64,000 bases of DNA, from the NCBI GenBank assembly GCA_038870975.1, contig JAVZJD010000002.1, positions 640,001 through 704,000 of the forward strand, written 5' to 3'. Of the stretch, positions 38,106-48,589 are shown in pieces. Origin of the DNA: Candidatus Bathyarchaeia archaeon (lineage in GTDB: Archaea; Thermoproteota; CALKCG01; B24). The notes under the pieces were generated by a model, which did no database searches, was not told the DNA's origin, and saw only the letters and a program-made list of their open reading frames with translations. The position numbers and the translations under genes are program-made. The number at the start of each line of letters is the position of its first letter. The first letter of the stretch is position 1.

Positions 38106-38891
38106 GTGTTAAAGTTGAAGTGGGAAGAACTCACGGCCGACGACCTTGCAGAACTCTCTAAGAGAGATGACATGGTGGTGGTTATCCCGGTTGGCTCTTT
38201 AGAGAAGCATGGTCCTCATCTACCTCTTGGAACGGATGCGCTAACGGTCTATAAAGTAGCTTTGAAAGCCTCGGAAATAGAGCCGTGCATAGTGCTACCT
38301 CCACTATTCTACAGCTATGTGGCGGATATGCGTCAATTCCCCGGAGCTATAAACGTAAGAGAAGACCTGCTTTTAAACCTCTTAGAAAACATATGTGAAG
38401 AAGTCTACAGAAACGGGTTTAAGAAAATAGTCATATTGAACGGTCACGGTGGAAACGTAAGCCTTCTAAGGCTTTTCGCAGCAAGCAGACTCACTAGGAG
38501 AACAAACTATTCACTATACGTTCTCGCTGAGCCGTGGGCTTTTGAGCAGAAGGTCCTACAAGAGGTTAAAGAGACTGAAGAGATAGGGCATGCATGTGAA
38601 ATAGAGACCAGTTTCATGCTTTATCTTTACCCTGAGCTTTGTAAGATGGAGCGTGCTAAACCAGCTAAAACTAAGACTAGACCGTTAAGTGGTCTACCAG
38701 TAGTTACGCCAGTGGACTGGGTTGCATACTGTCCAGAGGGGTACGTGGGCGACCCCACTAAGGCAACCAGTGAAAAAGGCAGGAAGCTCGTGGAGGCGTT
38801 CGTAAACGGTCTTGTTGAAACCCTCAGAAGGATAAAAGAAGATAGGGTGGTAGACGAAACCGTAAAACTACTGGGCTTAGAAAGACTTTAA
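38106..38891 (+). CDS. Creatininase family amidohydrolase
   Basis: GSLEKHGPHLPLGTD, NGHGGN, GHACEIETS, GDPTKA. Confidence 0.92.
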   Translation: MLKLKWEELTADDLAELSKRDDMVVVIPVGSLEKHGPHLPLGTDALTVYKVALKASEIEPCIVLPPLFYSYVADMRQFPGAINVREDLLLNLLENICEEVYRNGFKKIVILNGHGGNVSLLRLFAASRLTRRTNYSLYVLAEPWAFEQKVLQEVKETEEIGHACEIETSFMLYLYPELCKMERAKPAKTKTRPLSGLPVVTPVDWVAYCPEGYVGDPTKATSEKGRKLVEAFVNGLVETLRRIKEDRVVDETVKLLGLERL

Positions 38892-39715
38892 ATCTCATAC
38901 TTCTCCAAGAATTTTTTACCACGCTTTATGGATTCTACGACGTCGACACCCGTTTCATCTTCAATGGCAAACCAACCTCTGTAACCAATATCTCTCAAAG
39001 CGGCTATGTAATCATCCCATGGAACAAGACCTTCGCCCACAGTAGCCCTTCTAGTCTTGGGATTATGATCCTTAGCATGCGTGTGAACTATCCACTCCCC
39101 TAGCGTTTTAACCCCTTTCACAACTTCATCAACTCCAAAATGAAGCATATTAGCCGGGTCGTAGTTCACTTTTAGCGCAACACTTCCTACATCCTCCAAG
39201 AAGCTTCTTAATACGTCAGCAGGCTCCATACCGGTTTCTATACAGAAAAACGCACCTACCTCTTCACCGTACTTAGCTATTTCAGATACGCTTCTTCTTA
39301 TAGTAGTATAAATTGAGCTGCCCCTATCCTTAGGGATCCTACCTGGGTGCGTTGTAACGATTGGCGCATCCATATCTGCCGCCAGTTTTAAAGCTTTCTT
39401 TGTTTTTTCGATACGTTTGTCCAATCCATCTTCTTCATCCAATCCTCCAAATCTGGTCGGACCGGAAAGTTGAGCGCAGAAACCCGATATTTCAAGTCCA
39501 TAGGATTTAACGAGCTCTTTGATTTCATATCTTAGTTTGCTGTTGCATCTATCTGGGTCTAAGACACAGGGTGTTTTCAGGTCGTAGTCTACGCACCACA
39601 ATTGAACACCTTTGACGCCTATTTCAGCCGCTACCTTAAGCTGGTCTTCTAGAGTTTTAATGTCTGGAGAGACGCCCAGAGACCAGAGAGCTAAACCTAT
39701 CTTAAGCTTACCCAT
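38888..39715 (-). CDS. Sugar phosphate isomerase/epimerase (AP-endonuclease-2 TIM barrel)
   Basis: IETG.E, NYDPAN, HTHAKD, GEG.VPW, IEDE; start at ATG 39715. Confidence 0.85.
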   Translation of the reverse strand: MGKLKIGLALWSLGVSPDIKTLEDQLKVAAEIGVKGVQLWCVDYDLKTPCVLDPDRCNSKLRYEIKELVKSYGLEISGFCAQLSGPTRFGGLDEEDGLDKRIEKTKKALKLAADMDAPIVTTHPGRIPKDRGSSIYTTIRRSVSEIAKYGEEVGAFFCIETGMEPADVLRSFLEDVGSVALKVNYDPANMLHFGVDEVVKGVKTLGEWIVHTHAKDHNPKTRRATVGEGLVPWDDYIAALRDIGYRGWFAIEDETGVDVVESIKRGKKFLEKYEI

Positions 39716-39834
39716 ATATACCGGAAGTATATGCTCCGATGCGCAATATAAGCTTCTCTCAAGCTTAAATCTATGGAAAAAGGGCGTTGGGAGGAGTTTG
39801 TTAGCGATTTTAAGCGTCTGTATTCGCAATAAGG

Positions 39835-40341
39835 CTAAAACGCGAAGAAAGCCCGGCGTTCCTTCTCACCAATTCTAGAGAAGTGCTCATGTACTATTCG
39901 CCATACACCATCCCGTTTAATAAGCACCGTAGAGACTCTAGACCTTATATCGAAGTCTAGCCGTCTAATTCTACCTCTATAGGCTATGTAGAAGCTCGCT
40001 ACCGCTACATCGCCAAGTATATCTATACGCCAACCGCTGACCTCGTATTCATACCTTACGAGAACCTTCAAAGCTTTAGCCTCCTCGTTTAAGGCAAATT
40101 CACCCTCCAATCTCGTGAAGGGAGGCCAATCATCAAATTTGGTATAGAGTGCTTTATCGACCAGCTCTTCAATGGTTTTAGGGTCTCTGTTCCTTATGGC
40201 TTCTACCCTCTTTAAAACAACATCCATAACAGCCCTCTGCTCAGGGGTGAAAAGCTCAACCCCTTTAAGTTTAAAACCACATTTTGAGCAAAAATTGTCC
40301 TCTGCTGAAACTTGATTTCCACAATTTGGGCAGTAAGGCAT
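39835..40341 (-). CDS. Zn-ribbon + NTF2/SnoaL-like domain protein
   Basis: CPNCG..FCSKCG; C-terminal WRIVHEHFS. Confidence 0.8.
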   Translation of the reverse strand: MPYCPNCGNQVSAEDNFCSKCGFKLKGVELFTPEQRAVMDVVLKRVEAIRNRDPKTIEELVDKALYTKFDDWPPFTRLEGEFALNEEAKALKVLVRYEYEVSGWRIDILGDVAVASFYIAYRGRIRRLDFDIRSRVSTVLIKRDGVWRIVHEHFSRIGEKERRAFFAF

Positions 40342-40536
40342 TTTCCAAACACCTATAGTAGTATTATTGAAAACTATATATTAAATCGACCTATAGAGGG
40401 CTGAGGAAATTTTGCAACCATTGAGGAACCCATTATGCGTCATCAGACGCTATTCCATCGATTCTATGGAAACAATACACAGCGAGTTGAACCCAATCTT
40501 GTCAAGTCATGATATAGACCATTCTACCATGTTTGC

Positions 40537-40734
40537 TTATGCGCCTATGAATCCCTCGTCGTAGAATACCGGCTTGTAGCCTTTATTCGCCACCCATTTA
40601 ACCGCTTCAATTACTTTCTCCTCGTAATCTGGTTGGTATTCAGGTCTGCTACGGTAGAATTGCTGCTCATGTATCATCAACTCCATGATCTCAGATTGAT
40701 GTGGGTCTTCAGCTACCATGTTGAGATGTTGGGG
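40537..40734 (-). pseudogene. 3' fragment of the gene interrupted by IS607
   Basis: ..QHLNMVAEDPHQSEIMELMIHEQQFY..; co-oriented with 42578-43570 on the other side of the IS. Confidence 0.7.
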
Positions 40735-40786
40735 TAACAGTTCCTGAATAATTAACTTTATATAACATTTCTTAACACTTATTTAC

Positions 40787-41413
40787 ATGATGATTGAGAA
40801 GTTGTTGACGCTCAGTGAAGCCTGTAAGAGGTTAGGCATTCATCCTAATACGCTTAGAAAATGGGATAAACAAGGTAAGGTTAGAGTTGTTAGAACTGTT
40901 GGTGGTAGGAGGAGGATACCTGAGAGTGAAGTTGAACGTTTGATGGGCATTGTTAAACCAGATATATCTAAAAAGGCTGTGATTTATGCTAGAGTTTCTT
41001 CTCATGACCAGAGAGGGGATCTAGAGAGACAGAAGCAAAGTTTACTGGATTACGCCAGGTCGAAAGGATATGAAGTTATCGCACTCTTAGAGGATGTGGC
41101 AAGCGGGCTTAACGAAAATAGAAAGTCCTTGAATAAAATTTTTGACATGGTTGAGAAAACGGAGGTAGGAACTGTCGTAATAGCTTTTAAGGATAGGCTT
41201 ACAAGGTTCGGCTTTAAATACTTGGAGCATTATTTCGCTTCTCATAACGTAAAAATTGAAGTTGTTAACGGTGAAGAGCCTAAAGATGCCTACCAAGAGC
41301 TTGTAGAGGATCTCATCGCTTTGGTTTCAAGCTTTGCGGGGAAGCTCTATGGTTTGAGAAGCCACAGGTATAAGAAGGTGGTTGAAGGTGTCAGGAAGCT
41401 TATTGCTGAGTGA
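40787..41413 (+). CDS. tnpA: IS607 transposase (MerR-like HTH + serine recombinase)
   Basis: TLRKWD..G.RR, IYARVSS, DL.RQ, DRLTRFG, ELVEDL...SFAGKLYG.RS. Confidence 0.95.
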   Translation: MMIEKLLTLSEACKRLGIHPNTLRKWDKQGKVRVVRTVGGRRRIPESEVERLMGIVKPDISKKAVIYARVSSHDQRGDLERQKQSLLDYARSKGYEVIALLEDVASGLNENRKSLNKIFDMVEKTEVGTVVIAFKDRLTRFGFKYLEHYFASHNVKIEVVNGEEPKDAYQELVEDLIALVSSFAGKLYGLRSHRYKKVVEGVRKLIAE

Positions 41414-42563
41414 GACTTGCAAGTTTAAGCTCCAGCCCAACGATGAGCAAGCGATCGTTCTTGAGGATCTTTTTAAGACTTACTCAGAGATGGTTAAAGC
41501 GTGTTTGGATAGAGCTATACGTTTAAACGCAACCTCACGTAAGAAGCTCCATGAAGCAATTTATAAGGAGCTGAGGACGAAATATCCGAACCATCCATCT
41601 CATTACATCTATACGGCTATAACACAGGCTCTAAGCGTGTTCAAATCTTACAGGAGGCTCTCTAGGAGGAGGAAAGGAATTAATCCTCCAAGAATTGAAA
41701 AGCTGAACACGATCCTCTTGGACGATACCCACCTATTCTGGTTCAGCTGGGGAAGCATAAAGTTGGCTACGCATAAAGGACGCATCACAATTCCGTTCAA
41801 GGCTCATAAGCATTCAAGGAAGTTCATGCATTGGCAGGTTAAAGGCTCAAGGCTTGTAAGACTTGGTAATGAATACTATCTTCATGTCACTTTTAGAAAG
41901 ACGATTGAAGAGAAAGAGGCTGAAGGCGTACTGGGCATCGATGTTAACGAGAGAAGCATAGACCTGGCTGTCGTGAAGTCGAACAAGGTTAAGTTCATCA
42001 AGATAGATGTAAGCGAGGCGAAATACATCAGAGACAGGTACTTCAAGAAGAGGAGGAGCATTCAGAGCAAGGCTTCGGGGAAGACAAAAGCTAAGCTGCT
42101 AGCAAAGTATTCTGGAAGGGAAAAGCGGAGGGTAAACGACATACTCCATAGAGCAACGAAAATTATAGCCGGTATAATCGCCGAAGAAAACGTTAAACCT
42201 GTAATGGAGGGGCTCACTCACATCAGGGAAAGGATACGGTATGGCAGGAAGGTGAACAGAAGGCTCCACAGCATGCCGTTCAGAAAAATTCAGTTCTACA
42301 TCTCCTACAAGTCGATGGAGCTGGGCTTTAAGCCAGAAACCGTTAAAGCGGAGAACACCTCTAGGACGTGCCCGATGTGTGGCGAAATTAGTAAGCCGAA
42401 TGGGCATGTCTTCAAATGCAGAAAGTGCGGTTTCCAGGCAGATAGACACTTTGTCGCCGCATGGAATATAGCCGTGAAACTCCCAATGTGCCGTCCTTTA
42501 CCGTTGGCGGCGAAAGCCACCGATGAATTTAAAGAGGTGGAACGGATAGTTATAAAATGTTAA
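41382..42563 (+). CDS. tnpB: TnpB RNA-guided endonuclease family protein
   Basis: GIDVN (RuvC-I), VMEGL (RuvC-II), TSRTCPMCG..FKCRKCG, ADRHFVAAWNIA. Confidence 0.92.
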   Translation: MKVSGSLLLSETCKFKLQPNDEQAIVLEDLFKTYSEMVKACLDRAIRLNATSRKKLHEAIYKELRTKYPNHPSHYIYTAITQALSVFKSYRRLSRRRKGINPPRIEKLNTILLDDTHLFWFSWGSIKLATHKGRITIPFKAHKHSRKFMHWQVKGSRLVRLGNEYYLHVTFRKTIEEKEAEGVLGIDVNERSIDLAVVKSNKVKFIKIDVSEAKYIRDRYFKKRRSIQSKASGKTKAKLLAKYSGREKRRVNDILHRATKIIAGIIAEENVKPVMEGLTHIRERIRYGRKVNRRLHSMPFRKIQFYISYKSMELGFKPETVKAENTSRTCPMCGEISKPNGHVFKCRKCGFQADRHFVAAWNIAVKLPMCRPLPLAAKATDEFKEVERIVIKC

Positions 42564-42570
42564 CTATCCG
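42543..42570 (+). other. Right-end hairpin of IS607 (probable omegaRNA/reRNA element)
   Basis: CGGATAGTTA-taaaatgt-TAACTATCCG, perfect 10-bp stem spanning the tnpB stop. Confidence 0.65.
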
Positions 42571-42577
42571 ACAACGG

Positions 42578-43570
42578 TTATTTGATCCAATCAAGCGTGT
42601 TTATGACTATATCATGTCTTATGAAGGTTATCCCAGCCTTCAAATCCATCCAGTAGTCGCGTCTACTAAGGTATTTCACTACTTCATTATCTAAATAGTA
42701 TGATACACAGGGTTTGTCCGTTATAATCCTCTCGTAAGGCGAGGGACTGGTGTAATTCCAAGTGAAATATCCAACCAAACCCTTAATTCCGCAATTCCTC
42801 AAAGCTATGCATGCTTCTAGAGGCGCTTCACCCCAGTGAATCGTCGTAAAACTACTTAAAAGCTCTCTACCAGCAAACCTCTCTATCTCCTTAGTGACTA
42901 AGAGGTAGTCGTGCTTCATTTCACCGTATGTAGCGTTTTTATATGGAAGGTCTGGTTTTTCTTGAAGTGCGTGAAACGTCAGTCTTAACCAATCCCTATT
43001 TTCCAACCAATCGGACTTATACTTGCTCGGCATCTTAGATAAATCGAACCCCTCCGTTTGATAGAATATATTGAAGTGGATTTTTGCACCATATCTATCA
43101 TGCACATCCTTCCAGAAACTCAAAAACTCATTATCGAATATTGAACGGTATTTTTGAGCATTTAACGCTAGGTCTTTAAGAAAGATAATGTTATCGTCCA
43201 CTGAAACCCTATACCGTTTCACCGAGTTTTTATCCCATATAACCGTTACGGTATCGACACATTTGGGCTCACCATCCACTCCTCTAGCAAAAGCGACAAT
43301 CCTATTCTCTAAATTCTCCAATGTAACATGGCAAGTGAACGTATTACCATTAACCTCAGCCCTGTTCTCGTCCACCCAAACATTGCTATACCTCTCTGAG
43401 AGAACGCCTCTAACCGTTATTTCCAACCCTTCCGACGTCAATCTTCCATCATTCCTGTTCAGAATAGCTCCATCAATAGGCTCAACTATCCTAATCAACC
43501 ATAAACCACTAGGAATGCGGTTTGTCTTTCCTCGATATAAAACTTCGCAGTCAGTAGAACTTACGACCAT
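42578..43570 (-). pseudogene. 5' part of IS-interrupted gene (Ig-like + polysaccharide-deacetylase-like fold)
   Basis: YRVSVDDN, LRLTFHA, TTIHWG; ends at the IS right boundary. Confidence 0.6.
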
Positions 43571-43729
43571 ACAGTCTTCTGAACTTCAACTTAACTTAAT
43601 CTTTCTCTGCAACTGTAAACTTATGACGCGTGAATACATGTAAGAGTACGTGGAATATGCAGACACGTCTACTGCTTCGAAGATTAAATTTAAGCTACTG
43701 TAGGTCGATAGTTAGTCGGAGGTGTTAGG

Positions 43730-43921
43730 TTGCCCGTTGTACACGTCTATATGTGGGCTGGAAGAAGCGAAGAAGTTAAGGAGAAGATTATAGAAGGCAT
43801 AACTAAAGTGTTTACAGACAACCTAGGCATACCGGCTGAAGCAGTTACAGTAGTGATACATGATATCCCCAGAGAAAACTGGGGGATGGCGGGTAAGCAG
43901 GCCTCGAAGACTAAGATTTAA
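43730..43921 (+). CDS. 4-oxalocrotonate tautomerase family protein
   Basis: N-terminal Pro, GRSEEVK, ENWG.AG; GGAGGTG RBS. Confidence 0.92.
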   Translation: MPVVHVYMWAGRSEEVKEKIIEGITKVFTDNLGIPAEAVTVVIHDIPRENWGMAGKQASKTKI

Positions 43922-43937
43922 CTATGAGTGATTATCC

Positions 43938-45356
43938 ATGAGTGGAGAGCATGCAACTATACCCGAAGGGCCTTTCCAACCGACTTGGGAATCGCTGAAA
44001 CAGTATAAGGTTCCAGAATGGTATCTCAATGCCAAATTTGGCATTTTCATACATTGGGGAGTTTACTCAGTACCAGCTTTTGAGAACGAGTGGTATCCTA
44101 GAAACATGTACATAAGGAATAGCTCAGCATATAAGTACCACTTGGAGAACTACGGGCCTCATGATAAATTCGGCTATAAAGACTTCATACCGTTGTTTAC
44201 AGCTGAGAGATGGGATCCGAAAGACTGGGCAAAGCTGTTTAAAGAGGCTGGGGCTAAGTACGTTGTAATCGTTGCAGAGCACCACGACGGATTCGCCATG
44301 TACGACTGTAGCTATACTAAGTGGTGTGCAACTAAAATGGGACCTAAGCGGGATGTAGTCGGTGAGCTTGCTGAAGCCGTAAGAGAGGAGGGGTTATTCT
44401 TTGGTGTCTCATATCACCGTGCAGAACACTGGTGGTTTTTCGAAGGGGGTATGGAGTTTGAGTCGGATGTTAGAGACCCGCGGTACTTCGACTTCTACGG
44501 ACCAGCACGTCCCCATAATACGCAACCAGATGAGGCGTTTTTAAACGACTGGTTTAAACGGGCCTGCGAACTCGTAGATAAGTATAGACCACAGGTGTTT
44601 TGGTTTGACTGGTGGATTGAACAACCAGCTTTTGAACCATACCTGCGTAAATTCGCCGCATACTATTACAATCGGGCGAGACAATGGGGTACTGACGTAG
44701 TGATAAACTATAAGCATAAGGCTTTCCCAGAGGGTGTTGCAGTGTTAGATGTTGAAAGGGGTAAACTTGACGATATACAGCCGTTGTTCTGGCAGACTGA
44801 TACATCAGTCTGTAGGAAGTCTTGGGGCTATATTAAAGACCATGAGTATAGAACTGTAAATTCCATTGTAGACGATTTAGTCGATATAGTGAGCAAAAAC
44901 GGGTGTCTACTTTTAAATATAGCTCCTAAACCCGACGGCACTATTCCAGAAGAGCAGAAGCAAATCTTAAAGAGTATTGGACAGTGGCTAAGTGTAAATG
45001 GAGAAGCAATATACGGCTCTAGACCTTGGAAAGTTTATGGAGAAGGACCTACTAGAGAAGTTGCCGGAGAATTTAAGGAGGAAGCATATTCACAATACAC
45101 TGGGAAAGATGTACGTTTTACAACTAAGGGTGATGTACTTTATGCTATTGCACTTGAATGGCCAGGCAATGAAGTTTTAATCCAGTCCCTTAGCACAAAC
45201 TTGAGGCTTTATAAATATAGAATTGAAAGCGTTCAGATGTTGGGACTCGGAGAGTCGTTGGAATGGATTCATGACGAACACGGCTTAAAAGTTAAAACAC
45301 CCAGTAGAAAACCCTGCGATTATGCTTTTACGTTTAAAATTCTAAAGAGGGTATAA
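43938..45356 (+). CDS. Alpha-L-fucosidase (GH29)
   Basis: PTWESL, AKFGIFIHWGVYSVP, AEHHDGF, WFDWW, VSKNG.LLLN, NGEAIYG.RPW. Confidence 0.95.
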   Translation: MSGEHATIPEGPFQPTWESLKQYKVPEWYLNAKFGIFIHWGVYSVPAFENEWYPRNMYIRNSSAYKYHLENYGPHDKFGYKDFIPLFTAERWDPKDWAKLFKEAGAKYVVIVAEHHDGFAMYDCSYTKWCATKMGPKRDVVGELAEAVREEGLFFGVSYHRAEHWWFFEGGMEFESDVRDPRYFDFYGPARPHNTQPDEAFLNDWFKRACELVDKYRPQVFWFDWWIEQPAFEPYLRKFAAYYYNRARQWGTDVVINYKHKAFPEGVAVLDVERGKLDDIQPLFWQTDTSVCRKSWGYIKDHEYRTVNSIVDDLVDIVSKNGCLLLNIAPKPDGTIPEEQKQILKSIGQWLSVNGEAIYGSRPWKVYGEGPTREVAGEFKEEAYSQYTGKDVRFTTKGDVLYAIALEWPGNEVLIQSLSTNLRLYKYRIESVQMLGLGESLEWIHDEHGLKVKTPSRKPCDYAFTFKILKRV

Positions 45357-45387
45357 AGACATATATACTAATAGAGAAAAAAATTAT

Positions 45388-47409
45388 TTGGAGAAAATGT
45401 CAGGTGAACGTGTCGAAGAAGTTAAGATAACGGTACCAGTATTGGCTTTGGTTCTTTTATTGACAGCCCTTCTAACAATCATAGGGAACATATTCGTATA
45501 CTTCTTACCGTTTCCTTTCACATGCAATATGAATGCTGGAGACCTTATAGCAACCCCAGGTGTCGACATGTTAGGCATACCATTTATGACGACTCTAATA
45601 GTCGGAGCCCTAATGTACATACCTTCCGTGAGAAAATATCTGAGACCAGTAAATCTAATGCTTCTATACGTTGTGGCTTTAGCGTCATCGGCTTTTGCAA
45701 ACCAAGATTCTCCTTGGAGAGAGGCTTTTGAACCTGTTATTGCTAGGGTTGGTACCGACCCAGCTGTTATGGCTTATGTTCCTGAATTTGTATCTCCTCC
45801 TAGAGAGGCTGCTGAAGCTCTTATACGTGGAACTGGAAGCATAACCGCCATACCCTGGGGTCAACTCCTACCAGCAATAACATGGAGGTTTTTCACATTT
45901 GCATTCTTCGCAGGAATAAGCGTAGGATTGATCAGCATATTCAGAAGACAATGGATAGACGTTGAAAGACTAGCATATCCTCAGGTTGCAATAGCATACA
46001 GCGCTATAGTTGGAGTTGGAGAAGTTAGAAATCCAAAATGGGTTGGAAGAGCTGTATTTATCCTAGGCTTTATAATAGGGTTCGGCTTAGAACTGATAAG
46101 AGCCTTCATACTATTCTTCCCATGGTTCCCAGACATATACTCATGGCGCACTGGCACCTGCGGTCCAGGAGCCCACCAGTTATCGATTCCAGGTACTACG
46201 TGGCATTACGGAATAAGTAAACACACACCTCTTTACGCGCTTCTACTTTTAGCGCCACTACATTCCCTATTTAGTGTTGTATTCTGGGGTGTATTGTATG
46301 AAATTGCAAGTACGGCTGCTTGTACTCTAGGATTTTACACAGGATATATCGATATGGGCTACTGTGGTAAAAGCTGGTGTGGGCAAAATACTCCATATGC
46401 AGAACCCCCGCTAGCTTTTGGCTCTCTCATAGTCGGTGTTACACTTGGAGTTTTCGTCATGACTGTCTTCCACGAGAGGCATCACATTGTAATGACGTTA
46501 AAGGCGGCCTTCGGTGGGAGAGGTGGGGGAGGGCTTGAAGCTGAGGAGCCTATGTCCTATAGGACGGCTTGGCTGATATTTATAGGGTCGTTCATACTTG
46601 GAATCGTTGTCTACATGGTTGCTGGAATGAGCCTATGGGCTTCATTCATAGTTATACTTACTGGTGTTGTAACCTGGTTTACAACGAGTCAGCTCTGGGG
46701 TCGAATAGGTTTTTCAAACGAGCCGGGATACAATTTTGGTCCTGGATTTGCAAAAATCTTTCTATGGCCTACTGAATATGCATTACCTGTGACTCATACC
46801 GACCATGTTTTAGCCCATACGTATGTGTATGAGCTTGCATCCCACAGGCCTAGCGTGCCATGGTGTACGACTTTCTACACCGTCTTAGGGTCTTATAAAA
46901 TGGCTAATCTGATGAAGATCCATCCGAGAAACGTGATTAAAGTAGCCTCCATATCGTTAATAGTTGCAATGCTTGTAGCATGCATTATGAACGTGATTCT
47001 ACCAGGTGTATATGGAATGGGTAGGACAACGTGTTACACTACAACCAACCTCATGGGTAGGGTTAACCACATGTGGTCTGTGCCGTCGCCACGCCCAATG
47101 GTAGATATCGCTCCATGGGTAGCGGGTGGGTTTATATTCATGGTGATTATGAGCTTACTTCACGTCAGATTTCTATGGATGCCTGATCCAGTTATGAGTA
47201 TAATTGCCTGGGATTGGATTGGTGGACTTCATGGAACTTGGATGGTGGCACTTGTCTGTAGCATCATAAAGTGGCTTATACTAAGAATCGGGGGAAGCAA
47301 ACTATACGAAGAGAGGGCTGTACCATTTGTCGGAGGCTTTATACTCGGAGCTGCCCTAAATGCGTTGATAGCAGGAATAGGCGCATTTATAACTTATAGA
47401 CCAATATAA
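45388..47409 (+). CDS. Large polytopic membrane protein (DUF6785/DUF6784, OPT-like putative transporter)
   Basis: RRQWIDVERLAYP, EEPMSYR.AW, KWLILRIGG.KLYE..VPF..GFI.G; many TMs. Confidence 0.7.
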   Translation: MEKMSGERVEEVKITVPVLALVLLLTALLTIIGNIFVYFLPFPFTCNMNAGDLIATPGVDMLGIPFMTTLIVGALMYIPSVRKYLRPVNLMLLYVVALASSAFANQDSPWREAFEPVIARVGTDPAVMAYVPEFVSPPREAAEALIRGTGSITAIPWGQLLPAITWRFFTFAFFAGISVGLISIFRRQWIDVERLAYPQVAIAYSAIVGVGEVRNPKWVGRAVFILGFIIGFGLELIRAFILFFPWFPDIYSWRTGTCGPGAHQLSIPGTTWHYGISKHTPLYALLLLAPLHSLFSVVFWGVLYEIASTAACTLGFYTGYIDMGYCGKSWCGQNTPYAEPPLAFGSLIVGVTLGVFVMTVFHERHHIVMTLKAAFGGRGGGGLEAEEPMSYRTAWLIFIGSFILGIVVYMVAGMSLWASFIVILTGVVTWFTTSQLWGRIGFSNEPGYNFGPGFAKIFLWPTEYALPVTHTDHVLAHTYVYELASHRPSVPWCTTFYTVLGSYKMANLMKIHPRNVIKVASISLIVAMLVACIMNVILPGVYGMGRTTCYTTTNLMGRVNHMWSVPSPRPMVDIAPWVAGGFIFMVIMSLLHVRFLWMPDPVMSIIAWDWIGGLHGTWMVALVCSIIKWLILRIGGSKLYEERAVPFVGGFILGAALNALIAGIGAFITYRPI

Positions 47410-47539
47410 AGAGGCTACCCATGTAAACCTCATAATCCCCCTTTATTTCCGTAAAACTGTATCGCTTAAACGTGAATCCATGGAGTTGTTAAGAGCGAAA
47501 TCAGCATCGTCATGGATGGCTTTGAATAGAAGTTGGAAA

Positions 47540-48589
47540 CTATGGGATTTTCACTAAGTCTAAGCTTTTGAATAGATGTTGCATATTGTATCTTTTAAGT
47601 GCCTGCCAAAGTATTGTACAGATAAGTTGGTCGTAAGTGAAGCCAGCGGCTCTCGCCGCTTCAGGTAGGCATGAGTGGGCTCTTGGATCCGGTATTAACC
47701 CCGGTAGTGGATTAACCTCCAACACGTGTGGTATACCATTTTCATCCAACCTCATATCTATCCTGCATACGTCGCGGCAATTGAGGACTTTGAAGGTCTT
47801 TACAGCAATATGTTTAATCTTCTCTTCAAGCCCTTTGGAAATGTTTGCAGGACACTGGAAGATATCTAGAGGTTTACTGGGTGTATCCCAAACCCATTTA
47901 GCTTCATATGAATATATTGGGTTGGCGCCGTTAGGTAACTTATCAACGAGTATCTCTACAATAGGTAGGACGACTGGATTCTCATTCCCTATTAAACCTA
48001 CTGTAAACTCTCTACCTGGTAGAAACTCTTCAACTAATGCTGGTTGTTTATACATTTCCATGATCCAGGAGACTTTCTTTCTTAAGGAGACTTCATCTTT
48101 GACTAGAGAATCGTTTCTAATGCCTTTGCTGGAACCTTCTGCTAACGGCTTCACTATTAGTGGAAACTTAAGATTCTTACGTAACTTGTCATTTGCTTTT
48201 TCAAAAACTTGAAAGTTTGTAGAGGGTATACCACTGGCCTTTAGAATACGATTGGTTAAAGCTTTATTCAACGCTATGGCTAAAGTCGACGGACCAGACC
48301 CAGTATAGGGTATGTTCAGCATCTCAAGCATGGTTGGAATGTGGGATTCGCGGCTTTCTCCACGTAAACCTTCGGCTATGTTGAACACTATGTCAGGTTT
48401 CAGAGTTTTTAGTTTGATGTAGGCTTCTTCATCCGCTTCAATCCTAGTAACATCACATCCACCTCTTTCTAAGGCTTCAGCTATGGCTGATACAGTAGTC
48501 TCCTCATCGAATTCAGCGTAAAAGTCTTCAGGCAGCCCTGGAGGAGCTTCTCTCCTTAGATTATACGTTAATCCTACTCTGAGCACCAT
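47540..48589 (-). CDS. D-Ala-D-Ala-ligase-like ATP-grasp enzyme
   Basis: VFNIAEG, IPYTGS, PLIVKP..EGSSKG, VEEFLPGREFTV, RIDMR, LEVNPLPG; start at ATG 48589. Confidence 0.88.
   Translation of the reverse strand: MVLRVGLTYNLRREAPPGLPEDFYAEFDEETTVSAIAEALERGGCDVTRIEADEEAYIKLKTLKPDIVFNIAEGLRGESRESHIPTMLEMLNIPYTGSGPSTLAIALNKALTNRILKASGIPSTNFQVFEKANDKLRKNLKFPLIVKPLAEGSSKGIRNDSLVKDEVSLRKKVSWIMEMYKQPALVEEFLPGREFTVGLIGNENPVVLPIVEILVDKLPNGANPIYSYEAKWVWDTPSKPLDIFQCPANISKGLEEKIKHIAVKTFKVLNCRDVCRIDMRLDENGIPHVLEVNPLPGLIPDPRAHSCLPEAARAAGFTYDQLICTILWQALKRYNMQHLFKSLDLVKIP

Larger units (their letters stand above)
40733..42577 (+). mobile_element. IS607-family insertion sequence (tnpA serine recombinase + tnpB)
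   Basis: GG at both boundaries; TAAC repeats at 10-bp spacing in the left end (40753, 40763, 40773); 10-bp hairpin near the right end; no TIRs or target duplication; ends +/-2 bp. Confidence 0.88.
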
